Shown: piece by piece, positions 1 through 12,565 of the stretch
Layout of the letters: each line of letters starts with the position of its first letter
Numbering within the stretch: the stretch's first letter is position 1
Source: Eledone cirrhosa
Taxonomy: Eukaryota
Length of the DNA stretch: 64,000 nucleotides
Assembly (NCBI GenBank): GCA_964016885.1
Contig: OZ024746.1
Location: 77,686,001 to 77,750,000, forward strand
Direction: 5' to 3'
Notes under the pieces: model-generated
Told to the model about the DNA's origin: nothing
Databases searched by the model: none
Seen by the model: only the letters and a program-made list of their open reading frames with translations
Made by a program: the position numbers and the translations under genes

Positions 1-49
1 TGTACTTAGGCAAGGCGGGTCTTCTGTATTACTGCGTAGCGCCAAAGAT
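1..49 (-). mobile_element. RTE LINE family A fragment (end of ORF, continues off the window edge)
   Basis: Reverse complement reads ATCTTTGGCGCTACGCAGTAATACAGAAGACCCGCCTTGCCTAAGTACA, matching the ORF end of the copies at 18530-18575 and 31142-31190. Confidence 0.8.
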
Positions 50-1162
50 ATATGTATATCACTTAGTCTGTGCTCATTTCAGGCTTAACTATTAAACCAT
101 GTGCCGTCACATATATATAACTGTATTTTCCACTGGGTTGCACTGTTTTTTCCTCATAAAGTATGCCTGGAAAATTTACCCTTTCTTTTGGAGGTCAACG
201 GTTACATTAGGTAAACATTTTTTGTTAGATTTTTGTTGTTGTTGTTGTTGTTGTTTCAAAAGTTAGGTACTGAAATGGGGAGGTGTGTCTTTGACATTGG
301 AGCGTTATCGATGCCAGGAAATACAGTGATGACTCACACATACATGCACCCATGCACAAGCAAGTAAACAAACACATACACGCACGTGTGACCACATACA
401 CAAGCAAACAAACTTATACGCACATACACAAACACTGAAACAAATACACACACACACAAACATACACACATAGTGTAATAATTTTATGAGTGTCTGTGAC
501 ATGTGACATATTCATTGCAGTGGTTGATGTTTGCCATATCAGGTCACTTTACAGTTAATGGGTGCAGCCCTCTTTTTGATTTATTTGGGTCCCAGTTGAA
601 AAGTAAAGAAATCTAGGGTTTCAAAGACAGGTAAATAATGGCAGGGCTGCATGTCAGTGTTGAAATGTCACAAAACCATTTGCTTTTTGATGCCCAGTGC
701 ATATTTGTTTTTTTTTAGATATGTGTCTGTGTGTTTATATATATATATATATATGTGTGTTGTGTGTGTGTGATACACACATGCACATATATAAAACCTG
801 CTGCTTAATTATTTTTTACAAGGTACTTTTTGACAGTTCAGCTCTTTGAAGAGTTTGGGTGTACACTCATACACACATACACACATACACACACTGCTTC
901 TCATACATACTAACACTATCTCATACACATACATACTGAAAACAGTCAGTTACTTATGCGCACCTATCTTTACACTCTTAATGTTACCTACTTTAGCCAA
1001 TTTTTTAAACCCCTTTGTTAGGTTTTATTTATTTATTTGCTTTGCTCTTTTCCTGTCTCATTTCATGTTGTGTACGATGTATACCTGCCATCTAATGTCT
1101 TTCTCTTACATAAGCTATGGCTAGTTGTGCTAAATTTTGTGGTTTGAAGGACACATTAGCTC

Positions 1163-1391
1163 TTAACTCTTTAGCATTTAAACCGGCCATATCCAGCCAG
1201 AATTCTCTCACCTATTTCTGTTCAAACTGGCCATAACCAACTACTCATACGTATGTTAAGGTATTGTTCTCAAAATAAATAATATCAAAATCTCACAGAT
1301 TCAATATTACATGAGATAATTATGTGAAATAAAGCTTTTACCGTGAAAATACAATAGTAAATATAGAGTAATGTAGATGCTAAAGGGTTAA
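1163..1391 (+). mobile_element. MITE family A (piggyBac-like, TTAA-flanked, ~230 bp)
   Basis: TTAA|CTCTTTAGCATTTA ... TAGATGCTAAAGGG|TTAA terminal inverted repeats; internal sequence shared with copies at 19791, 24735, 34553, 43140, 43640 and 58892. Confidence 0.8.
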
Positions 1392-1495
1392 CATGGTGTA
1401 ATCTACAAAATGTGTTTGTTCATTTAAATGTTGATAGTATTTGTTAATAGTGGACAGATTGTTGTGAAAATTTTCGATATTAAAAACTTCAATTT

Positions 1496-1706
1496 TTAAC
1501 ACTTTTGATACTAACCCACCTAAAACTACCCTAGGTTCTATGATTCTATGTAAGAACTTCTGTTATGTTCCAAACATCAACTTGATATTGGTAAATATCT
1601 AAATGGATAATATCTTTAAATCTCTCTAAATTCTTGATTATTTACAAAATTATTTGAAAACCATAGATAGTGTCTTTCATTAGAAATATGGTTATGAAAG
1701 GGTTAA
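1496..1706 (+). mobile_element. MITE family B (TTAA-flanked, CCCTTTTGATACC... / ...GGTAATGAAAGGG ends)
   Basis: Starts TTAACACTTTTGATAC and ends GGTTATGAAAGGGTTAA; homologous to 26326-26582 and 56911-57199. Confidence 0.65.
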
Positions 1707-2939
1707 ACCATTTCTTGTGTTCAATATGGCAGTTACTTGATTGTTGGATATTTCTTCTGAAGGATCAAGGTTTATTTTTATCCCTTTTGATAACAAACTA
1801 CCTGAAACCACCCTTGGTTTTTCATCACAAAGATGTTTTCTTTTTAATTTTATATATTTATCTAACAAACTTTCATCATAATTTTATGTAAGAACTTTAT
1901 TAAATTATGTTCCCAGCACCAGATAAATAATGATAAAGCTAGTTATTTTACTCAATCCCTCTGAATTCTTAAGACAAACAAATACTGGGGATTGTCCAGC
2001 CACTTCCTCTTCGCACCAGTTGTCATCAAAACCTCAGGCATACTTAAACCCCATACTGCTGAACTCCTTCACAAGATTGGGAGGTGGGGTGGCTGTTGCA
2101 GCAAGTGCTGCTGGCCATAGTCTGTGGGAATGCTTTTGTGGTCTTGTCCACAGAGCGCAGCCCCAATACCGCCACACCCTTGGTTTAGAGCCCATTACCC
2201 TCCCCTCCCATTCTTCTTTGACCCTAGAACCATTGCCTTTCCCTTCCTTTTCCATTTTCATAACCACAAAAGAACAGATTGTTCCTCTTTATACTTTGTA
2301 AATGTTTGTCATTCTTATTTATTTTCAAAATTATGTTGAAAATCATAGGCAGGCAGTGACTTTCGTTAAATATGGTAATGAAAAGGTTAAAGTGTAGCTA
2401 TGTCATTAACCTTGGATAATTGACACAGGTAATGGAAATATGGCTTCCAATTCTATAAAAGCATTTTTTTTTAATGACAAAGAAAGAAAAAAAAATGAGT
2501 AAATCAGACGAAACATAGTGCAGAGCAAGGCTGGGGTGAGGAAAGAAGTGAATGAGTGTTATTGGGTAATAAAATAGATGTGAGGATGGCCTGTTGAAGT
2601 CCATACTGTTTGTCAGTAGAATATTACTGCTGCATTCTCAGAGATCAGTTGTCAATAGTGAAGAGAGTCAATAGCGACACTGCCATGACTACAAGATAAA
2701 TCTCAACTGTTTTCTGCTGAACCTGTTCATTTTTTCCCCTATATCTTTATTTGTAATTGTTAGTATTTTTTTTTTTAGGAAAGGGGGTGGTGAGTGGGTA
2801 GGTTGATAGGTGAGTGAGTTGTACATTTTTTTTTTTTTTTTTTTTTAAAGTTTTTTTTTTGTATGAGAGCTCTTCAGTTGTGTCAAGGACTTGACAAGCC
2901 TCCATTCTCGTTATTGTTAATAATTTGTTGCCATGATAA

Positions 2940-3165
2940 AATGCACACAGTACACTCTGTAAAGTAAAGTGGTTGTTGATAGGAAGAGCATCCATCTAGC
3001 TGTAGAAACTAGGCTCAAACTGGGACATATGTAAGATATGTCTCATCTCCACTTCCTATCTGGGCGGAGGGCAGTAACTCTGATCAAATACTGACTTAGT
3101 CTGTAGCAACCCATGCTAACAGGGGAAAAACAGATGTTGAATGATGATGATGATGATGATGATAA
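2940..3165 (+). mobile_element. Degenerate SINE/LINE 3' part with RTE-type tail
   Basis: AGGAAGAGCATCC...GCTGTAGAAA...AACCCATGCT...GATGTTGAATGATGATGAT, as in the family A 3' ends. Confidence 0.6.
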
Positions 3166-3360
3166 TAATGGTGAAGCATTGTGAGATATTTGATTATGAG
3201 TGTTTTGGGAAAGCTGGTACAATGCAAATTAGAAATACAAGAGTGAAAACTAAAGTAGAGTAAAATAGACAAAACAACAGTTTACACCTTTGCCCTATAT
3301 TCATGATATTTCAAAAGAAATTAAATGGTGTGTGGTGTTAACACTGTGCAGGGTTATACT

Positions 3361-4220
3361 AGAAACAGGGTGTCGTGTTGGTGAGGAGCAGTACTGTTCT
3401 GCAGTAGAAATGGGGTGTCGTGTTGGTGAGGAGCAGTACTGTACTGCAGTAGAAACGGGGTGTCGTGTTGGTGAGGAGCAGTACTGTACTGCAGTAGAAA
3501 CAGGGTGTCGTGTTGGTGAGGAGCAGTACTGTACTGCAGTAGAAATGGGGTGTCGTGTTGGTGAGGAGCAGTACTGTACTGCAGTAGAAATGGGGTGTCG
3601 TGTTGGTGAGGAGCAGTACTGTACTGCAGTAGAAACAGGGTGTCGTGTTGGTGAGGAGCAGTACTGTACTGCAGTAGAAATGGGGTGTCGTGTTGGTGAG
3701 GAGCAGTACTGTACTGCAGTGGAAATGGGGTGTCGTGTTGGTGAGGAGCAGTACTGTACTGCAGTGGAAATGGAGTGTGGTGCTGGCAATATGTAGTGCT
3801 GTACTGCAGTAGAAATGGAGTGTGGTGCTGGAAATATGGAGTGTGGTGCTGTACTGCAGTAGAAATGGAGTGTGGTGCTGGCAATATGTAGTGCTGTACT
3901 GCAGTAGAAATGGAGTGTGGTGCTGGAAATATGGAGTGTGGTGCTGTACTGCAGTAGAAATGGAATGTGGTACTGGAAATATGTAGTGCTGTACCGCAGT
4001 GGAAATGGAGTGTGGTGTTGGCAATATGCAGTGCTGTACTGCAGTAGAAATGGAGTGTGGTGTTGGCAATATGCAGTGCTGTACTGCAGTAGAAACGGAG
4101 TGTGGTGCTGGAAATATGTAGTGCTGTACTGCAGTAGAAATGGAGTGTGGTGCTGGAAATATGTAGTGCTGTACTGCAGTAGAAACGGAGTGTGGTGCTG
4201 GTAATATGTAGTGCTGTACT
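3361..4220. repeat. 45-bp minisatellite with two sub-arrays
   Basis: Nine units of AGAAAYRGGGTGTCGTGTTGGTGAGGAGCAGTACTGTACTGCAGT (3361-3765), followed by about ten variant units of AGAAATGGAGTGTGGTGCTGG(C/A)AATATGTAGTGCTGTACTGCAGT. Confidence 0.95.
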
Positions 4221-4657
4221 GTGTGGTGTGTTGGCAGTGAGTAGTTGCTCTACTACAATTGCGATGGAGTGCTGTGTTAACAATGAGTGTTATTGTACCG
4301 CAGTAGAAATGGGTTGGAGGTATGGTGACACACACACACACACACATCTGTGTTTTTTTTTCTTTTTTTCTTATTCAAGGCTAAAATAACAAGGAGGTAA
4401 CAAGGAAGTGAAAAATGGGGGAGGTGGGAATAAATATAAATAATAAAAAAAAATTAATAAATTAATAAATAAGATAGGAGTGCGTTAGAAATCTGAATTC
4501 TATGAAAATTGACATGATATTGATGATATGCTATCTCTATCATGATTCCAAAATCAAGATCGGAATTTGAGACAATGTCTTGTCTTGTCAAAGCAGCAAG
4601 CAAGCAACCTTTCTCTCTCTCTCTCACTCACTCACTCACTCTCTCTCTCTCTCTCAC

Positions 4658-4709
<52 letters not shown>

Positions 4710-5057
4710 CCACACACACACACACAAATAAGCACTGCTGCCATTGAAGTTCACATCAGTATTATGAGGTTGATATTGCACAGAGTTTCCCCCTTTCCTC
4801 CTCTTTTGTATTTGTTCTTATAGATATATATATATATGTATGTATGTATATATATATGTATATATTTATATATTTGTTGCTATTTTGATATTGCCATATT
4901 TTGTTAACTACCGATTCCATCTGCGACTTTTTTTTCTATTTTTTTTTCTCCTTTCAAATTGCTTCTTAGTCTATATATATGTTAGATGTCAGGCATCTTG
5001 ATGTTTTGTCACTAAAAGGAGCCATTCTACCTTTGTTTAAATATGCTTTTATAATGG

Positions 5058-5345
5058 TGAAGGCATGTGGCTTAGTGGTTAAGCTGTTTGTTTGAGTCTT
5101 GGCAGTTTGCTGTAACATTGAGCAAAGAAACACTTCATTTTTCATGTTGATCCACTCCTCTCAGTTTAAAAAAAATGAGTTCTGCCTTTAATTCAAAGGG
5201 CCACCCATATCACATGCTATGTCACATTGAATCTCCTTAAGAACATTGGTAAAAATACATATATCTATGGAATCCTCAACCACTCACACGTTAATTTCAC
5301 AAGTAGGCTGTTTCATTGATTTCATCAATGGAAACACTTGTCATT
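5058..5345 (+). mobile_element. tRNA-derived SINE (family C, diverged)
   Basis: A-box-like TGGCTTAGTGG head; body AAAATGAGTT...AATTCAAAGGGCCA...CACGTTAATTTCAC...AGGCTGTT is homologous to 59222-59510. Confidence 0.6.
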
Positions 5346-5434
5346 GGATTGGAATGGACAGGGGCCCAACACACCCAAATATTGTCCCTATTTTGAGGTC
5401 CACTTGTATCAGGATGATGGTATATTATCATTAT

Positions 5435-5509
<75 letters not shown>

Positions 5510-5519
5510 ATGTCTACAA

Positions 5520-5553
<34 letters not shown>

Positions 5554-5567
5554 GTGTAAATATGTCT

Positions 5568-5605
<38 letters not shown>

Positions 5606-5619
5606 GTGTAAATATGTCT

Positions 5620-5661
<42 letters not shown>

Positions 5662-5675
5662 GTGTATATATGTCT

Positions 5676-5718
<43 letters not shown>

Positions 5719-5869
5719 GTTTATTATTATTATTGTTTGTTTTTTACCATCCTTATTGTCCTCTTAATGTAAACTCTCTGTGGCTAATAAAGAAACCATT
5801 ATTAATTGTTGGCCTTGTGCCTAAATCAGAAACCACCACCACACCCATCACCATCATTAGCAACTGCAA

Positions 5870-5905
<36 letters not shown>

Positions 5906-6422
5906 TAGTAGTAATGCTTTGCAACATTTGCTCTGGCTGTGAGTTCAAATCATGCTGAAGCCAACTTTAACTTTCACCCTTCTGGGTAGTTAAAACAAAT
6001 TACCATAACAACTTTTCTCTCCTCACAAATTGCTGGCCTTGTGCCTAAAATTAGAAACAGTTATTAGTAGTAGAAGCAGAGTGACCAAATGGTGAAGAAG
6101 TTTGCTTTGCAATCATTAGGTCTCAGGTTCCATCCCACTACATGCCTTTTGAATGAAACTGGGTAGATGGAAACTGTATGGAAGCCCGTCAGATGGACTG
6201 TACCTGTAATTCAATGGACCAGGCTGAATGTCCCTCACAATTAGCTTAAGGGTACACGTGTCTGTGTAATGCGCTTACGCACTTACACATTAATTTCATG
6301 TGCAGGCTGTAACACTGATTGAACAACTGCAATACACAATGTTGGAACCGACAGAGATCCATTCTAGTTCTGTTGTTGTTGTTATCATCATCATCATCAT
6401 CGTTATTATGATCATTATTATC

Positions 6423-6453
<31 letters not shown>

Positions 6454-6499
6454 TCATCATTATTATTATTGTTATCATTCTTTGAGTCTCAGTCATTGA

Positions 6500-6822
6500 T
6501 GTTATTTAACTGGAAAGTTTGTTGAAATGAATATCAAGCCACTACCCGCAGCCTCAGATATTCAGGACGTATCGGAGGGTTCTTGCTGTTCCCAGCAAGC
6601 ATGCCTTTTGAAGTGTTCCAAAAAGCGGGACGGCACAAATTTTCTTTAACCATTCTTGGAAACTCTTTGAGATAGTACCTAGTGCGCCTATGACAATTGG
6701 GACCACTTTGACTTCATGGCAGTTCCAAATCCTTCTTACCTCCCACTTTAAGTCCTGGTATCGGTTAATTTTCTCCCTCTACTTCTCTTGCACTCTCGTG
6801 TCGAATGGGCAGGCTACATCCA

Positions 6823-6824
<2 letters not shown>
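6500..6824 (-). mobile_element. R4/Dong-clade non-LTR retrotransposon 3' fragment (restriction-like endonuclease domain)
   Basis: Minus strand translates VDVACPFDTRVQEK*REKINRYQDLKWEVRRIWNCHEVKVVPIVIGALGTISKSFQEWL...LQKACLLGTARTLRYVL*, the RLE-domain motif pattern; abuts a (TTA)n run at 6824-6867. Confidence 0.85.
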
Positions 6825-6868
<44 letters not shown>

Positions 6869-7235
6869 TCCAGCTGTAACTTTTGTCATAGTCACACACA
6901 TACACACATACGCATATATGTATATATATATATATAATATAGATCATCTCTTGTGTGTGTGTTTGATCAAGCCATAGGTTATGTTTTTCACTTTAATATT
7001 TCCACTGTTATATATCATGTTGTCCATTTGTGCTTTCAGGTCAAAAGATATGATTGTGGAAAACAAAACAAAACAAAACAAAAAAGATGTCATTTTTCTC
7101 TTCTCTCTGCATATATTTATGTCCTTGTTTTTTTTTTTTTTTTTTTTTTTTGCTTTTGTTGTTTTTCTGTCATTACATATATATGTGTGTGTGTGTGTGT
7201 AAGTATATGTACATATATATATGTACATATATATA

Positions 7236-7377
<142 letters not shown>

Positions 7378-7395
7378 CATATACACACACATACA

Positions 7396-7490
<95 letters not shown>

Positions 7491-8357
7491 CACACACACA
7501 CATATATATTTATATATATATGTAACAGATTTCTTTCTCCTGGTTAGTGTAGTAATAAATATTGTTCTGTTTTGAAATGTCCTTTCCGATATCTTTTGTT
7601 CTTACACATTGCTTGATGCACATGAAGCGAACTTAAAACAATTCTCTCGTCTCCATCACTGGCATGAAAGGAATTGATTTAAAACTATTTGCAACGGTGT
7701 TCTTAGCTATTCATCATCATCATCACCATCACCATCATCATCACCATCACCATCATTGTCGTCATCATCTTCACCACCACCGACATTGTCCACATCATAA
7801 TCATCAACTTGAACATTGTTTATCATTGTCATCATAATCATATTCATCATCATCATCATCACCACCATCACCATCATCATCATCATCTCTTCTCCCAAGT
7901 GGTTTTTATTAGTAAGATTCTGTTACATAAGTGAGTTTATACATTATGTGATGGGTATGTTATTTTAATTACTAACACTCTACATAAAATTTGTTAGAGT
8001 GTCATACAAGATGCTTTGCAGCCTTTAGTTCCTGCCATTTGCATTCCGAGTTCAAATCCCGCAGAAGTCAGCTTTGCCTTTCATCCTTCCCGTGGTCAAT
8101 AAAAAAGAAATAGTACCAGTCAAGTAGCTGCCAGGAGTTGCATCCTGTAGATAGCAATGGAATAACCAATGGAAACATTGTTTCCTTGGTCCTATTTGAT
8201 GAGTTCCACCCCACTCGGTAAACAAATGAGATTTGGGATTGTGTCAATCAATGAGTATATACCAGTTACGTGTTGGGGTCGATGTAATTGATTTTCATCT
8301 CACCCTATTGCTTGTTTTCTGCTCAAAGTAGAAATCATTACTATTATTATTATTATT

Positions 8358-8545
8358 GGCAGTATCGGTAGAGTGTCAAACACGGTGCTTTGCAGCATAG
8401 AGTTATGTCCCTTTTCGTTCTGAGTTCAAATCCTGCTGAGGTTAACTTTGCCTTTCATCCTTACAGGGTCGATAAAATAAAGTACCAGTAATGCACTGGG
8501 ATAATTTCTGGCCTTCTGCTAAAAGTAGAAACAATTATTATTATT
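8358..8545 (+). mobile_element. tRNA-derived SINE (family D)
   Basis: GGCAGTATCGGTAGAG head, B-box GAGTTCAAATCC, central TTTGCCTTTCATCCTTACAGGGTCGATAAAATAAAGTACCAG, tail AAAAGTAGAAAC(ATT)n; more than ten related copies in the window. Confidence 0.8.
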
Positions 8546-8551
8546 ATTATT

Positions 8552-9200
8552 GAAATAAGAGGAATCAGATGTTGTTTACTCGAGAGAAGGCTACGTTGGT
8601 ATGGACACGTGATGCGCATGAAAGTCGATAGCTGTATAACAAAGTGCAGGACAATAAAGATAGACGGTAGCCACGGAATAGGCAGACCTAGAAAAACCTG
8701 GGACGAGCTGATAAACTCCGACCTCACACACTTACACCTCTCCAAGACAATGTCACTGGACCGAGACCTTTGGCGGTACTCAGTAACAGAGAAGACCCGC
8801 CTTACCTAAATACATAGTAAAACCTACTACAGCCAGTAGGCATCTCTAACAAAATACACCCCGTCCCACCACCCCCACCCCATCCACACCACCCCCTTCT
8901 ATGTAAAGTTATGTTGGTGCCACGCCATCCAGGCCGAAACAAATGAGATTGTGTAGGTGTCACGACAAAAAAAACACACAGTCCACGCTGTAATGTGGCC
9001 GTGTAGGCAACACGGTAAAAACCTCCCAGACCCACACTGTAAATGTGGTTGGTGTTAGGAAGGGCATCCAACTGTAGAAAACCTGCCAGACAGTCCTATG
9101 CGAGCAAGACAATCACTCTTGCCTCAAGTGGGACTACCCCCGTCCAAACCCATGCAAGCGTGGAACACGGACGTTAAACGTTGATGATGATGATGATGAT
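8552..9200 (+). mobile_element. 5'-truncated RTE LINE family A
   Basis: ORF end RLRWYGHVMRM...GRPRKTWDELI...DRDLWR...TRLT*, then 3' UTR and (GAT)n tail; inserted in the (ATT)n tail of a SINE. Confidence 0.93.
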
Positions 9201-9694
9201 TATTATTATTATTATCAGTGTATTGGTGGAACATCGGACAACATGCTTTGCAGCATAGAGTTACGGCCCTTTATGTTCTGAGTTCCAATCCTGCTGAGAT
9301 TAGCTTTTGCGTTTCATCCTTACAGGGTCAATAACATAAAGCACCAACAACACACTGGGGTCGATTCAATTGACTTTCCAAAATTGCTGCCCTTGTTATA
9401 GCTGGATAGTGGTTGTTTAGAATCGTTAGAGCATCTGATGAAATGTCTTGTCATTTGGTTACTGCCCTTTATATTCTGAATTGCTGAGATCAACATTACC
9501 ATTCAGCCTTCCGGGATTGATAAAATAAAGTACCAGTAATCTACTGGGGTTGATGTAATTGATGTTCCACTCTCCTCATTTGTTCCTAAATTATCAATCA
9601 TTTTGATAGATATTGTTATTAACTCTATCAACGTCCTATCCCACATGAAACCACAATAGCACCATGACTGCCTCATATTTGTTAAAGTCTTTAT

Positions 9695-9900
9695 CATGAT
9701 CATCACTTTTATGTCTGCTTTTCCATGTTTGCTTGGGTTGGTTGGGTCCTTCTCAGCATGGGATCTCTCCACATGCCATGATCCTTTGTCATCACCTCTG
9801 TGAGCCTCAGTGATTCGAGGTCAGCTCTCACAATCTCTGCTCTGTCTATTTCAAGTGCAACTTTCTTCCACTGGCTATAATACTGCACATTTTCACAATG
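9695..9900 (-). mobile_element. Old RTE LINE 3' end
   Basis: Minus strand EIVRADLESLRLTEVMTKDHGMWR, followed by a CATGGAAAAGCAGACATAAAAGTGATGAT tail. Confidence 0.6.
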
Positions 9901-10540
9901 ATCTGTCCACTAGTTGATCTACTATAAACATTTGAATTAACAAAACCACTTTTAGGTACCTTCAGCTAAATCATTATAGGATGTTAAGAGTTAGTGTCAG
10001 TCATGTTATTAGTATAATAATGGTGGAGTAGTTGTTCACATGGACATCTACTTCACACCCAATTTTCTTGTTCATGCAGCTTCACATGAACAAGTGGTTA
10101 GGATGTTGCGCTCATGATTGAGATCATTTCTTGGATCAAGCACATTGCATTTTTGAGCCAGACTTTTTATTACACAATCCATGAAAGGGTTAAGTTATGT
10201 TCCAAACATCAACTTAATGAGAGAGTTAGTTATATTAGTAAATCTTTCCAAATTCTTGATTATTCTTGATCATTATCGTAATGAAAGGGTTAAAACATTC
10301 ATTTTTATTTTAAAATCATCTATGTTAATATTATATAGGAACTTTCACTAAGTGATATTCCAAACATACTTGATAATGAAAAAGGTAGTTATATTACCAA
10401 ATATGTCCAAATTCTTGATTATTTTTGAAATAATTTGCAAATCATAGATAGTGTCTTTCATTAGAAATAGTAATAAAAGGGTTAAAACCATTCATAAACC
10501 TGTTGCAGACATGCCATTGCTGCCAGAATCACTGTCTGAA

Positions 10541-10730
10541 TTAAGAAGTGCTAAAATATCCCAGAGGAAGGAAGCTTCAGTAAAGGAAGACTTAGGAAGA
10601 CCTGAGTAGAAATTGTAAGAGCTGAATCTCACAAAGATGACAAAGGAATGCATTGAGTAGAAGCAGGCAGCACAGGAAAAGACACAACCAATCCATGGAA
10701 AACATGGACTTAAATTGATGATGATTGTGA
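10541..10730 (+). mobile_element. Old RTE LINE 3' end
   Basis: IKKC*NIPEEGSFSKGRLRKT*VEIVRA (degenerate GRPRKTW motif), then a CATGGAAAACATGGACTTAAATTGATGATG tail. Confidence 0.6.
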
Positions 10731-11005
10731 TGGTGGTGTAACCTATTATTAGTTTGACTACCATCCAGCATCAATCTAGAAAGTATACCATCACAAGGAG
10801 GAGGAGGGGAAAACCACTTGTTGATTCTATTGAAGTGTTGTTGTTGTTGTTGGTTGTGTTCTTTATTTTTTGTTTTGTTTTACTGGTCTCTATAGTAGTT
10901 AATAGATCAAGTTCTATGTTCAGAGAGAATCACCTTTAAAAAATAGATGCTGAGTGTGTGTATGTATACATACATACACACACACATACATTATACACAC
11001 ACACA

Positions 11006-11077
<72 letters not shown>

Positions 11078-11189
11078 TAGATAGATATACACACACATAT
11101 ATATAAAGAAAGAATAGGAAAAAATAAAAAATCAGCCTGAATTATTTTCTGTAAATAGAAAACTACTTGAAAGAATCCTATTTACTAAA

Positions 11190-11205
11190 CAGCGCCCTCT
11201 AATGG
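11190..11205 (-). promoter_or_regulatory. Candidate CTCF-binding site
   Basis: Minus strand CCATTAGAGGGCGCTG is close to the CTCF consensus CCACYAGRKGGCGC and lies in otherwise very AT-rich unique sequence. Confidence 0.4.
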
Positions 11206-11392
11206 TAGTACTGCTAAACTAAAATTAGACTATTACCCTTTCATAAGAATAATAATATGAATATGAATATGAATTAGCTATGGTTGAGTGATTTGGGGGA
11301 GGGGGTTATTAATTTTATGCTTTTTTTATATATTGTGTGTAGCACCAACTTTACATATAAGGTTTTATTTTTTGTTTGTTTTAGATTAGGTA

Positions 11393-11872
11393 GTGGTGGA
11401 GATGATGGTTGTTGTTGTTGTTGTTGTTGTTGTGGGTGACATGTTGGTGGTGGTAGTGGATGTAATAGTGGTCTAGTGGTGATGGTAGGTGTTGTTCTGC
11501 TGGTGGTGGTGGTGGTGGCAGTAGTGATGATGGTGGGAGTTATTGTGGTGATGGTTGTTGTGATGATGATGGGAGTTATTGTGGTCGTGGTGGCAGTGAT
11601 GATGGTGGGAGTTGTTATGGTGATGGTTCTTGTGGTGGTAGTGGGTCTGATGGTGGTGGGAGTTACTGTGGTGATGTTGTAGTCCTGATGGTGGTGATGG
11701 CGGCAGTGGCAGTAGTAGTGTTGATGGTGGGAGTTATGGTGATGGTTGTTATGGGCATGGTGGTGATGAAGGTGTTGACGGAAGTGGCTGTGGTGCTGAT
11801 GGTGGTAATTGTTGTTGTGGCAGTGGTGATGCTGCTGTTAACAGTTGTGGTGGTAGTGGACACAATGGTGGT
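11393..11872. repeat. Low-complexity (GTG/GAT/GTT)n region
   Basis: Degenerate trinucleotide repeats; source of the poly-V/T ORFs. Confidence 0.9.
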
Positions 11873-12198
11873 TAGGAGATATAAAAATCAAACAAAACCA
11901 ATCATATTAGAAACTAACAAATGAAAAAATATAAAATAAAATAAAATAAAATAAAAGCAGGTAATTTCAATAAAGTGTCTGGGTTCAAAATAAAATGTCT
12001 GGTCTAAGTGTGTTTTAATCGTTGCTAATAGCAACTCTAGAAACTTCACCATCACCACAGTAATCTCCTTGTATTTTCCAATTCTACTGTTGATAATTGA
12101 ATAAATGGAATTAAGACTAACTTGGAATTGGAGGGGAAAAAATGGTAACAGAATTAATGACAATAAATGATCTCTTTTCTTTTTCTATCTTTACCTTG

Positions 12199-12250
<52 letters not shown>

Positions 12251-12442
12251 TTCTCTTTCTCTCTGAACATACAACTTGATCTATTAACTACTATAGAGGC
12301 CAGTAAAACATAACAAAAAATAAATAACACAAGCAACAACAAATATATATATATATATAACGAAGGAATTGTGGTAAGGAACCAGGTGGATCATAACGCA
12401 CCAAAGTACTCAATACTTAGGGTAGTAGAGTGGGTAATAGGA

Positions 12443-12548
12443 ACGAGTAGGACCCCGATAGCTGAGCTCAAGCCGTTTCGACGGCTAATTCTGGGTCCAG
12501 AATTAGCCGTCGAAACGGCTTGAGCTCAGCCGTCGGGGTCCTACTCGT
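12443..12548. repeat. Near-perfect 52-bp-arm palindrome in a Penelope-like remnant
   Basis: ACGAGTAGGACCCCGATAGCTGAGCTCAAGCCGTTTCGACGGCTAATTCTGG-gt-CCAGAATTAGCCGTCGAAACGGCTTGAGCTCAGCCGTCGGGGTCCTACTCGT; two mismatches. Confidence 0.95.
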
Positions 12549-12565
12549 CCCTATATATATATATG

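Noticed and set aside
1975-2200. Possible coding exon (ORFs 1930..2301 + and 2034..2267 -)
   Set aside because: No recognisable protein motif. It interrupts a MITE B copy, and the minus strand (GAGGAAGTGGC..CAATCCCCAGTATT) resembles RTE/BovB-type untranslated sequence.
3361-4220. CRISPR-like regular repeat or repetitive protein gene
   Set aside because: Head-to-tail units without unique spacers, no cas genes, eukaryotic context; frames are open simply because the unit is 45 bp.
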